Both the position numbers and the translations under genes were made by a program. This document shows, piece by piece, positions 10,060-18,626 of a stretch of 59,670 bases of DNA (position 1 is its first letter; each line of letters starts with the position of its first letter). The stretch is from sequence record KP064094. One strand, written 5' to 3'. The stretch comes from Escherichia phage CAjan. The notes beneath the pieces were generated by a model. It did no database searches. It was not told where the DNA came from and saw only the letters and a program-made list of their open reading frames with translations.

Positions 10060-10456
10060 AAGCGCGCAGACAGTTAATTGATAAGAAGATCCTCCAATGG
10101 GAACTAAATAGCAAAGTCCCCGGCGGGGGATCTTCTTTATTATCGCAACTGCAAAAGGTTGAGGAACAGTCTGGTAAGACGCCACCTAAGCTTAAAGAAT
10201 ATCGGGAAAAGGAAATACCGGTTTGCTTTGAATACCTGTCTACTTTATTTGATGACATTTACACTGGAGGGGATTTTAGTTATACAGAATTGCACAGCTA
10301 TCAGGTAACAATGGGCTTACATCTTCAACCGTACGAATGCGAAATACTGCGACAGCTATGGCTTGAAAAGCGCGTGTCTGAAGCTGAACAAAATGCTAAA
10401 CTCATGGAAAGTCAAATGCAAAATCAAAATAAAGGTAGAAGAAAAAGGAGAAGATA
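9652..10456 (+). CDS. tail assembly chaperone frameshift fusion (GT-like), predicted -1 frameshift
   Basis: The -1 frame is open from the slippery heptamer T_TTT_TTC (10050-10056) to TAA at 10455-10457, which overlaps the tape-measure ATG; matches the conserved G/GT arrangement. Confidence 0.45.
10050..10056 (+). other. candidate -1 ribosomal slippery heptamer TTTTTTC
   Basis: X_XXY_YYZ heptamer in the zero frame (aaT TTT TTC TAA) at the end of the chaperone ORF. Confidence 0.45.
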
Positions 10457-13400
10457 ATGGCCGAAACCGCTTCGCTAGTAATCAGAGTTGACGCGAGAGG
10501 GATTAGTACCGCGGACTCTATGTTGCGGAACTTAGCGCGTACAGGTGACACAGCGGAGCGGTCTGCTCAACGTGTCACATCCAGCTATAAAACATTGTCT
10601 AACACATCTAACGAACTTGCAACTGTCACAAGTCGTTTAGATGCTGCAATTGTAGGAATGATCAGCGTTGACACCATTAACCGTGTTATTTCGCTATCGG
10701 ACTCCTGGACTATCCTCACCAACAAACTTGAACTGGCTCGTACGGGTAATGAAACCGTTGCGGATGCACAGCAACGCGTGTTTGATATTGCCCAGCGGTC
10801 ACGTACAAGCTTGGAAGCAACTGCAACTCTATATTCCCGTCTCCAGCGTGCAATGAAGAATACTGGTATGACGGGTATGGAGCTTGGACGTATCACTGAA
10901 ACAATTAACAAAGCGATGATTGTTTCCGGTGCAACGTCACATGAAGCAAGCGCTGCTCTTATTCAGTTTTCGCAAGCAATGGCATCCGGTGTTTTGCGCG
11001 GGGATGAATTCCGTTCTGTTGCAGAACAAGCCCCGCGCTTAACTCAAATCATGTCCGATGCGTTAGGTGTTACCATTGGACAATTGCGTGAAATGGCTTA
11101 CAGCGGCAAGTTGAGCGCCGATGTGGTTATCAAATCGTTGTCTGGTGCTGCGGATACAATTGATAAAGAATTTAGCCGCACTATGCCAACGTTTAACCAG
11201 CAATGGACGGTTGCAACAAACAACTTGACTAAGTTCATGGGCGAATCCCAAAAGACTCAAGGTGCGGTTGCTGCATTGGGACAGACGTTTGTTGCGTTAT
11301 CCGAAAACTTAGGAACGGTTGTAACAGTTGGTTCAGCTTTAGCCACAGTAATTACCGCCCGTATCATTACGGCAATGCTTGCTAAGACTAAAGCGTCTAT
11401 AGCTGCTGCAAAAGCATCGCAGATGGAAGCTGCACAAACGGCGGCAACTACTGCGGTGATGCAAAGCTCTATTGGCGTTACCGCGCAGAAAGCGGCTGCG
11501 GATCGTGCTGCTTCTCTTGCAGCGTTACAGGTTGCTCGCGGGTCATTAGCGGTTGCTAAAGGTACGGCAGCGGAAGCAGGCGCACGTCTTGCGCTTATTA
11601 ACGCTACCCGTGCGCATTCTGCGGCAATTATGGCGGACGTACAAGCGCGGCAAGCGCTCAATGCTGCACTTAATGCAACTGTACCAGCCGCAAGCCGGGC
11701 AGCTACAGCAATGAGCGTGCTGCGCGGTGCTATGGGGTTAATTGGCGGTCCTGTTGGTGTAGCAATGCTGGCAGCGGGTGCAATTTACTCTTATAAAGCA
11801 TCGCTGGAAGCTGGTCGTGCGGAAAACAATCAGTTTGCGGATAGTGTTGATTCTGTACGCGAGAAACTGATGCAGATGACAGAAGCTCAGTTGGCAGCTA
11901 ACGCAGTTAAAGCTCGCGCAATCCTCCCTGAACTTGAAGAGCAAATGAAGCGGGAGCAAACTGCTCTTAAATCTGCAACGGAAACGCAGAAGTTCTATGA
12001 AGCACAATTAAAACGTCGTGCTGCGTCCGGTCGTGATACGGCCAGTGCTGAAAAGAATTTACAAATTGCAACGGATAACGTCAAGCTTGCTGCGGAACGT
12101 GCTGAAGAAGCTCAACGTCGTTACAACAATGTGCTTGAAATGACAAGTCCCGCTATAGAGAAAATAATCCCTCTAGCGCGTCAGCTTGCTGCGGATATGA
12201 AGGCTGTCCTTAACATTAAATCCGGTCCGTTGATTGACGAAAAAGTATTGGACCGCTTTAAAGGTCAACTAGGGGACGTTAACCGTGAGATTGATGTTAA
12301 CACGGTTAAGGGTGCTGGCAATGCTCGCCAAGCTGCAATCCTTAGTGGACTGTATCAGACGCTGGGCAAGGATGCTGATACATACGGAAGTCTTATTCGC
12401 AAAGTAGCTATGGGTCAGGACGTTAGCTCAGAGGCAACAAGCGAGTCCGCTAAAGAGCTTGTTAAATATGCTCAAGATTTAGCCCAAGCTCTTGGCAAAA
12501 ACTACGATCTTGAAGAAGCAGAGAGAAACCGGACTAAAGCTACAAAAGACGCTATTAAGGCGGATCAACAAAACGCTAAGGTTATTGACGATCTACGAAA
12601 CAAGCTTAACGAAGTAACCACAGGGGTTAAGGAAAACGCCAAAGCGAAAGCTCAAGCTGTGGCTTTAAACAAGCTCAATACGTCTGCAACTGCCGCGGAA
12701 AAAGCAGAAGTTGTTAGTCTTGCTGCTGCAATTTACGATGCAGAAGAAGCTCAAAAGAAACTGGACGAGCGTAAGAAGAATCGTAAGTTTGCTCAGGGTC
12801 TGTTAGATGAAGGTATGACAGACTATGAAAAAATCGCGTACGAGCAAAATACAAAGATTGCAGAGCTTAATGCAAAACAGCGAGCCGATGATTTAGCTTA
12901 CTATCAGCTTTACGAAGATGCTAAAACCCAAGTGCTGAAAAAAGCAAGCATGGAAAGGGAAAACCTGGATAAAGTTCTTATGAACCGAATGATATCCTTT
13001 TCTCAGGAATCCTTAGGCATTATAATGGATGGGCTGTCACAGGCTGTAAGCCAGCAGAACTTCTTTTATAAAGCTATGTTTGCAGCACAGAAAGCAATGC
13101 AAATCCCATCAATCCTTGCCAACACGGAAACGGCAGCATCTGCGGCGCTTGCATGGGGTACACAGCAAGGCGGTGCCACGATGGGTGCAACAATGGCGGC
13201 TATAGTGAAAACTATGGGTTACGCCTCGGCTGCTACTGTGGGTGGCTTAGCGATTGCTGGTATGGCTCACGACGGTATTGATAACGTTCCGCGTGAAGGT
13301 ACATGGTTGCTGGATAAGGGTGAACGTGTACTTAATGCTCCGTCTAATGACAAGTTAAATCGCTTCCTGGATAGCCAAGCTTCACAACAAGGTGGCGTGA

Positions 13401-13573
13401 ATATGTCCGGTGGTGTTAGCATTGTTCAGTATATCACGGTGCAAGGAAATGGCGATGCAGCACTCACACAAGCCATGCAAAAAGCGGCCCGTGATGGCGC
13501 TGAGCAGGGATATAATAAAGTTCTTAATGACTTTGCATCCCGAGGAACAATTCGTAGAACTGCAATGGGGTAA
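10457..13573 (+). CDS. tail tape measure protein
   Basis: 1038 aa, Ala/Gln-rich helical protein with hydrophobic Gly/Ala stretch near C-terminus; canonical position. Confidence 0.8.
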   Translation: MAETASLVIRVDARGISTADSMLRNLARTGDTAERSAQRVTSSYKTLSNTSNELATVTSRLDAAIVGMISVDTINRVISLSDSWTILTNKLELARTGNETVADAQQRVFDIAQRSRTSLEATATLYSRLQRAMKNTGMTGMELGRITETINKAMIVSGATSHEASAALIQFSQAMASGVLRGDEFRSVAEQAPRLTQIMSDALGVTIGQLREMAYSGKLSADVVIKSLSGAADTIDKEFSRTMPTFNQQWTVATNNLTKFMGESQKTQGAVAALGQTFVALSENLGTVVTVGSALATVITARIITAMLAKTKASIAAAKASQMEAAQTAATTAVMQSSIGVTAQKAAADRAASLAALQVARGSLAVAKGTAAEAGARLALINATRAHSAAIMADVQARQALNAALNATVPAASRAATAMSVLRGAMGLIGGPVGVAMLAAGAIYSYKASLEAGRAENNQFADSVDSVREKLMQMTEAQLAANAVKARAILPELEEQMKREQTALKSATETQKFYEAQLKRRAASGRDTASAEKNLQIATDNVKLAAERAEEAQRRYNNVLEMTSPAIEKIIPLARQLAADMKAVLNIKSGPLIDEKVLDRFKGQLGDVNREIDVNTVKGAGNARQAAILSGLYQTLGKDADTYGSLIRKVAMGQDVSSEATSESAKELVKYAQDLAQALGKNYDLEEAERNRTKATKDAIKADQQNAKVIDDLRNKLNEVTTGVKENAKAKAQAVALNKLNTSATAAEKAEVVSLAAAIYDAEEAQKKLDERKKNRKFAQGLLDEGMTDYEKIAYEQNTKIAELNAKQRADDLAYYQLYEDAKTQVLKKASMERENLDKVLMNRMISFSQESLGIIMDGLSQAVSQQNFFYKAMFAAQKAMQIPSILANTETAASAALAWGTQQGGATMGATMAAIVKTMGYASAATVGGLAIAGMAHDGIDNVPREGTWLLDKGERVLNAPSNDKLNRFLDSQASQQGGVNMSGGVSIVQYITVQGNGDAALTQAMQKAARDGAEQGYNKVLNDFASRGTIRRTAMG

Positions 13574-13576
13574 TAT

Positions 13577-14161
13577 ATGCTCACTTGGCCCGAAGAAATT
13601 AGACCGTCTGAGATGGAATGGTATCTAGTTTCAAACTCTGTAGAATTTACAAGCCCCTTCAATGGGGCTTCCCAAACTGTGTCCTATCCTGGATCACGAT
13701 GGGAAGCAACGTTGACATTTAGTAATTTAAATGACTGGAAATCCAGAAAGCTCGAATCAACATTAGCTAAGCTTGATGGTAAAGCTGGTCGAATTATGCT
13801 TCAAGATTTTGGTCGTTGGGGACGCGCACCGATTGGATCACCTGTGGTTAACGGTGCAAACAATACAGGGACAACTTTATCAACTAAAGGTTGGACACCT
13901 AATAGAAAAGTTTTATGGGAAGGGGATTACATCGCAGTAAACAATGAATTAAAATTAATAACCGAGGATGCTTGGAGTGATTCTTCTGGCAACGTGATAT
14001 TAAATATCGCCCCGATGCTAAGGACTATTCCACCGAATGGGGCTAAAATCGAAACTCAAAAGCCACAAGGGGCTTTCCGGTTAGCGGAAAATACTAACGG
14101 GGTTAAGCGTCAGCCAGCTTTTAATAATTCATTCACTCTAAAATTCTCGGAGGCGTTCTAA
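13577..14161 (+). CDS. minor tail protein
   Basis: 194 aa, directly after tape measure; synteny with lambda M/L region. Confidence 0.5.
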   Translation: MLTWPEEIRPSEMEWYLVSNSVEFTSPFNGASQTVSYPGSRWEATLTFSNLNDWKSRKLESTLAKLDGKAGRIMLQDFGRWGRAPIGSPVVNGANNTGTTLSTKGWTPNRKVLWEGDYIAVNNELKLITEDAWSDSSGNVILNIAPMLRTIPPNGAKIETQKPQGAFRLAENTNGVKRQPAFNNSFTLKFSEAF

Positions 14162-14745
14162 TGCTATTCAGTCCTTTCAGCGATACGCTTCTCAACGCAA
14201 TGGAGCAGCCGAACGTTAGTCTAGTGCTTGCTGCGGAGATTGACTTTCCTTCTGGTGTAACGCGTGTGCATACTGGGACAGGGGTTGTTGTTATTAATGG
14301 TCAGACTTTCCTGGGTGTTGGTACTCTTGGGGACGTTGGGTCCGTGACTGAGGAAAACAGCACTAGCTCCAGCACAATGTCCATGGCGCTTAGCGGTCTG
14401 GACATGAGTCTTGTTGGGGAGACATTAAACGAAGAAGTTATCGGACGTAATGTTGTTTGCTATATTGCAGTAATGAACGAGCAAGGAAATGTCATTGCTG
14501 CTAATATTTTATTTGAAGGTTTTATTACAGACACCGCATTACAAGCAGGTCAACAGAATGCCTTGAGTTATGTTATTTCCAACGTGTTTGAGCGTTGGTC
14601 ACAAGGTTTACCGGATCGCTATACAGATGAAAGTCAACAGCGTTTATATCCGGGCGACCGTTTCTTTAGATACATTGCACAAATGGCTGAACGTTCAATC
14701 TTTTGGGGGAGTAAGAAAGATGCGCCAGGGTTCTCCTATGAGTAA
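14161..14745 (+). CDS. minor tail protein (lambda gpL-like position)
   Basis: 194 aa; TAATG-coupled start; N-terminal pattern VSLVLAAEIDFPSG resembles lambda L-type proteins. Confidence 0.5.
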   Translation: MLFSPFSDTLLNAMEQPNVSLVLAAEIDFPSGVTRVHTGTGVVVINGQTFLGVGTLGDVGSVTEENSTSSSTMSMALSGLDMSLVGETLNEEVIGRNVVCYIAVMNEQGNVIAANILFEGFITDTALQAGQQNALSYVISNVFERWSQGLPDRYTDESQQRLYPGDRFFRYIAQMAERSIFWGSKKDAPGFSYE

Positions 14746-15154
14746 GTTACCGGGCTGGCAGACACGTTTATTAACCACAGTAAAGGAGTTGTCATCGACT
14801 CCTTTTTCTTGGGGTGAAAATGATTGCTGCACCTTCGCGGCTAAATGTGTTGATGCGCAATACGGCACAAATATCTACGAACAAGTTGCTGGAAAATATA
14901 GTACCGAGCTTGGAAGTAAAAAGTTCACTATTGAAAGAGTTGGAACCGCTTACCTTCCATTGTTATTGGATACTTACCTCAGCGAACGAGTTGACAAGAA
15001 CTATGCGCAAAGAGGCGATGTGGTTACATTTGAGGGAGCATTGGGCTTAACTGCTGGCATATTATGGACTGGATATGTATGGGCTATGGGTCCGAACGGT
15101 GTGGAAACATTCCCGCTTAATAAGATCAAAATTACGGATATTTGGAGGGTCTAA
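14720..15154 (+). CDS. tail tip assembly protein (hypothetical)
   Basis: about 144 aa from ATG 14720 (track ORF begins earlier); contains DCCTFAAKC Cys pair; lies in the lambda K/I position. Confidence 0.4.
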   Translation: MRQGSPMSKLPGWQTRLLTTVKELSSTPFSWGENDCCTFAAKCVDAQYGTNIYEQVAGKYSTELGSKKFTIERVGTAYLPLLLDTYLSERVDKNYAQRGDVVTFEGALGLTAGILWTGYVWAMGPNGVETFPLNKIKITDIWRV

Positions 15155-18100
15155 TGCCACCAGCAATAATTGGAGCAGCGATAGCTTTAGGTGCGTCGGC
15201 TGCTGCTGCGGCTAGTATTATTTCGGCTACTACCGCTCTCGTTATCGGTATTGCTGCAACCGCGGCAGGTGCTCTTTTGACTAAGACACCAAATATGAAC
15301 TTTGATGCTTACAAGGGGCAGCAAGAGCGTAAACAGGTTCTGCGTGCAGCTACAGCGTCACGTTCTGTTGTATATGGCACGACTGTAGCGTCCGGACTAT
15401 TAGCATTTGCGGAGGAAGAAGCTGGAGATCAAGATGAAGGTGAATGGATGCATCTTGTTGTCGTTCTTGCTAGTCATAAATTGGAAGGTATTGAAACGAT
15501 TTGGTTGGGTGATGACGGAATTGATTGGTTTGGTGAAAACGCTACTTGGGAGTTTCATAACGACCGTCAGACTGTTGACCCATTCATGTTAAAACATTGT
15601 CCTTCCTGGAAGGAGGATATGATTGGTAAGGGTATTGCGTGGCTACGTTTAAGCTTAAAGTTTGATGCTGAAAAATTCCCATCCGGTTTGCCAAACGTCA
15701 AGGTGTTGAAAAAGGGACGTAGAGTTTATGACCCACGTTCCGGTCAAACTGTCTTTAGCGATAACGCTGCTCTTGTTATTCTTGATTATTTCCGCACGTA
15801 TTTAAAGCGCAAGGACGAGAATATTAACTGGGACCAATTCAAGGAAGCTGCTAACATCTGCGACGAGTTTGTAACTAATGCGGATAACACTACGGAAAGA
15901 CGCTACCGCATTAACGGTGAGTTTGAAGTGGACGAAGCACCTGCTAAGATCCTTGATGCTATGCTTGAAGCTTGCGGCGGGGAACTAACCTATATTGGCG
16001 GTAAGCATGGTCTGTTAGTTGGTGCGTATTACGGTCCAGCCACCATGACTTTGGATGAAAGCTGCATTGCTGGGGATATCAAAATAATCCCTGAGACGTC
16101 TTATAAAGAGCGTACCAATACCATTACAGGTACATTCGTCGACCCGAAGCAAACATACGCTGAAGCAGATTTCCCTCCAGTTGTGGTTAAGGAATGGGTG
16201 GAAAAAGATGGCGGTGAAATAACGCAAGACATGGATTTCCGCTTTGTTACAAGTGAATATCAAGCTCAACGTCTTGCTAATATTATTTTACGTCGTAAGC
16301 GTGTTGGTCGAACAATTGAAGTGCCGTGTAACATGAAGGGGTATAAATTCCGCCCCGGCATGTATGTCAACGTAACCATTACAAATATCGGAATGAAAAA
16401 CGTTGAGATGCGCGTTACTAAATGGTCATTCGATCCTAAAGGTGGGATTAATCTTGTTCTTCGTCAAGACTTCCTGGAAATGTGGGACGACGCTATTGGT
16501 AAACCAATGGAGCGCCCGGATCTGGTAGACCTTCCGTCTGGTGCTATTGCTCAACCGCAAAACCTTCAGTATCAGGTATTGCAGATTAGCGATGTTGTGC
16601 AGGGTGTTTTAACGTGGAGCAATATTGGACAGGTGGCATATAACCGCGTAGCCGTGCGACAGGGAGGTACAACGGTTTGGACCGCACAAGTCCCTGGCCA
16701 AAACGTTCGCGTTACTGGGCTGCTGCGTGGCGCGTATACAGCGCATGTTCAAGCGGTAGCTTATAGCGGGGCAATATCGCCGGAAGCATATCTTCAATTT
16801 AATATTCAGGCTCCGCCACCACCAACATCTGTTGAAGTGCAACAGGGTTACTTTGCTATAAGTTTGATCCCAAAATCTGCGGATATTGCGAACGTTAGCA
16901 CACAATATGATTTCTGGACGTCCGGTGAAACAAGGTTGTCTTCCGTGTCTACAGACGTTGTTGAGCGTGAAGCAACTCGTAAAGGTATGGGCACAACCTG
17001 GACTTCGGAAGGTTTGAAGAATGACCACACTTATTACTGGTATGTGCGCACTATTAACGCTTTCGGATCTTCCGCATTTGTAGAAGTAGCTGCATTGTGC
17101 TTTACGACAGCTACAGATTTGATGCCACAAATTGATTCTGAGTTTAAGAAGACGGAGACTTACAAAGAGCTTACTACTGAAATCACAGGCGTTAAAGATG
17201 GAGTTACTCAGCTTAGCCAAACTGTGGTAGAAACTGAACAGCGTTTAAGTCAAAGCGTTAGCAATGTTCAACAAAGCGTTATCACTTTGGATGGTGTTGT
17301 TCAGGATCAGGGCGTTACCATTAACGAACAAGGACAGCTCATTGATGCACAGGGTAAGTTGATTGACACTCAAGGTAAGACTATTGAAACGGTTAGCGCG
17401 ACCGTGCAGGAGACAAGTAAAGCAGTTGTAGATCTGGAAGGTAATGTTAACGCTCAATGGGGTGCTAAAGTACAGGTAGATAGTAAAGGGCAAAAATACG
17501 TTGCTGGTATGCAGTTAGGTATGGAAGGGTCCGGTGGAGCTGTTCAGTCTTACTTCATGGTAAGCGCTAACAACTTTGCTATCTATAACCCGACAAATAG
17601 CGTAGCAGAACTAGCATTTGCTGTTAAGAACGGTCAAGTGTTCATGAAGGCTGCGTTTATTGAAAATGGTACTATTGACAGCGCTAAAATTTCAAATCAA
17701 ATTCAGTCAACAAACTACGCAAGCAATAGCGCGGGTTGGATGATTAACAAGAATGGTAGCGCTCAGTTTAACAACGTAACGATAAGAGGTACTGTATACG
17801 CTAGCAACGGATCTTTCACAGGCACAGTGAACGCAACAAGCGGTAAATTCAAGGGTACTGTGGAAGCCACCAGTTTTGTGGGTGATGTTGCGAATATGTG
17901 TGTCATTGCTGAGTCTGCAATACCAAACACACAAACTACAAGTTCAAGAACCTGGACAAAAACTTTCAAAGACTCATCTGGTTCAACATTATCTAAAGAC
18001 TTTGTGTTGCTATTAAGTTATAGTTTAACCGCATATACATCAAATCAGGCGAGTCGTATAATTGTGACTGCTAACATAGGGGGGACATCAATTACAAGGA

Positions 18101-18276
18101 GGATTGAGCGAGCTGCCAATGGACCTGCGATGGATGTAACCATACCTTTAGCAGTGAAAGGAAAGACAGCGTCGAGCGTAACAATAAGCGTTAAGGAGGA
18201 GTATACGAACGTCTATGGGAGCTACTTGCGCCCGTCTGTAATATTAATGACTCGCGGAACTGGTAGTTGGTCGTAA
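15154..18276 (+). CDS. host specificity protein, lambda J-like central tail fiber
   Basis: about 1040 aa from ATG 15154 (track start 15142 is TTG); central region resembles the lambda J fibronectin-like segment (YYWYVRTINAFGSSAFVEV, KYVAGMQLGMEGSGG...FMVSANNFAIYNP). Confidence 0.75.
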   Translation: MPPAIIGAAIALGASAAAAASIISATTALVIGIAATAAGALLTKTPNMNFDAYKGQQERKQVLRAATASRSVVYGTTVASGLLAFAEEEAGDQDEGEWMHLVVVLASHKLEGIETIWLGDDGIDWFGENATWEFHNDRQTVDPFMLKHCPSWKEDMIGKGIAWLRLSLKFDAEKFPSGLPNVKVLKKGRRVYDPRSGQTVFSDNAALVILDYFRTYLKRKDENINWDQFKEAANICDEFVTNADNTTERRYRINGEFEVDEAPAKILDAMLEACGGELTYIGGKHGLLVGAYYGPATMTLDESCIAGDIKIIPETSYKERTNTITGTFVDPKQTYAEADFPPVVVKEWVEKDGGEITQDMDFRFVTSEYQAQRLANIILRRKRVGRTIEVPCNMKGYKFRPGMYVNVTITNIGMKNVEMRVTKWSFDPKGGINLVLRQDFLEMWDDAIGKPMERPDLVDLPSGAIAQPQNLQYQVLQISDVVQGVLTWSNIGQVAYNRVAVRQGGTTVWTAQVPGQNVRVTGLLRGAYTAHVQAVAYSGAISPEAYLQFNIQAPPPPTSVEVQQGYFAISLIPKSADIANVSTQYDFWTSGETRLSSVSTDVVEREATRKGMGTTWTSEGLKNDHTYYWYVRTINAFGSSAFVEVAALCFTTATDLMPQIDSEFKKTETYKELTTEITGVKDGVTQLSQTVVETEQRLSQSVSNVQQSVITLDGVVQDQGVTINEQGQLIDAQGKLIDTQGKTIETVSATVQETSKAVVDLEGNVNAQWGAKVQVDSKGQKYVAGMQLGMEGSGGAVQSYFMVSANNFAIYNPTNSVAELAFAVKNGQVFMKAAFIENGTIDSAKISNQIQSTNYASNSAGWMINKNGSAQFNNVTIRGTVYASNGSFTGTVNATSGKFKGTVEATSFVGDVANMCVIAESAIPNTQTTSSRTWTKTFKDSSGSTLSKDFVLLLSYSLTAYTSNQASRIIVTANIGGTSITRRIERAANGPAMDVTIPLAVKGKTASSVTISVKEEYTNVYGSYLRPSVILMTRGTGSWS

Positions 18277-18283
18277 TAAATAA

Positions 18284-18311
18284 TTAACCCCTCGTTTGAG
18301 GGGTTAATTTT
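18284..18311. terminator. bidirectional intrinsic terminator between J-like gene and lipoprotein gene
   Basis: TTAACCCCTC-GTTT-GAGGGGTTAA perfect 10-bp stem, T-run downstream and A-run upstream. Confidence 0.65.
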
Positions 18312-18544
18312 CAATAATCAATCACACAGTTTGAAGGTGAGCCAATTCGTCGGTATTCGTGATCAATTTCATGGCACCATTGCCCAGTCATTGGAAGCTT
18401 TTCGGTATCATAAATTAAAGAACCGTTACCATCGCGATCCAAAGGTTTTGGAATGACGCCGGAATTAGGTTTACCAGTATTTAAACCATTACCACATGCA
18501 GTAAGGGATAAACATAATGCCAGCATAATTAGAGCGTATTTCAT
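18311..18544 (-). CDS. small lipoprotein, candidate superinfection-exclusion (receptor-blocking) protein
   Basis: 77 aa with signal peptide and lipobox (LSLTACGNG); opposite strand to flanking tail genes, with own SD (AAGGAG), promoter-like element and terminator. Confidence 0.55.
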   Translation of the reverse strand: MKYALIMLALCLSLTACGNGLNTGKPNSGVIPKPLDRDGNGSLIYDTEKLPMTGQWCHEIDHEYRRIGSPSNCVIDY

Positions 18545-18580
18545 CGGGACTCCTTTGTGTTGTTGTCAAGGTTCAATTTT

Positions 18581-18608
18581 AATATACTTGTTGTGTTGAG
18601 TAAGTCAA
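18581..18608 (-). promoter_or_regulatory. promoter candidate for lipoprotein gene
   Basis: On the minus strand TTGACT - 16 bp - TATATT, about 30 bp upstream of the lipoprotein start. Confidence 0.35.
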
Positions 18609-18626
18609 ATAAATGTGGGAGATATT

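Noticed and set aside
10083-10136. Terminator between chaperone and tape measure genes
   Set aside because: The hairpin is followed by a T-rich run but lies inside the predicted frameshift extension; more likely an mRNA structure, possibly frameshift-modulating, although it is farther from the slip site than usual.
11257-11661. 134-aa minus-strand Ala-rich ORF
   Set aside because: Antisense to the tape measure gene; composition mirrors the Ala-rich sense strand.
16609-17220. 203-aa minus-strand ORF
   Set aside because: Antisense to the J-like gene, Cys/Arg-rich with no SD; the sense ORF has strong homology-like features.
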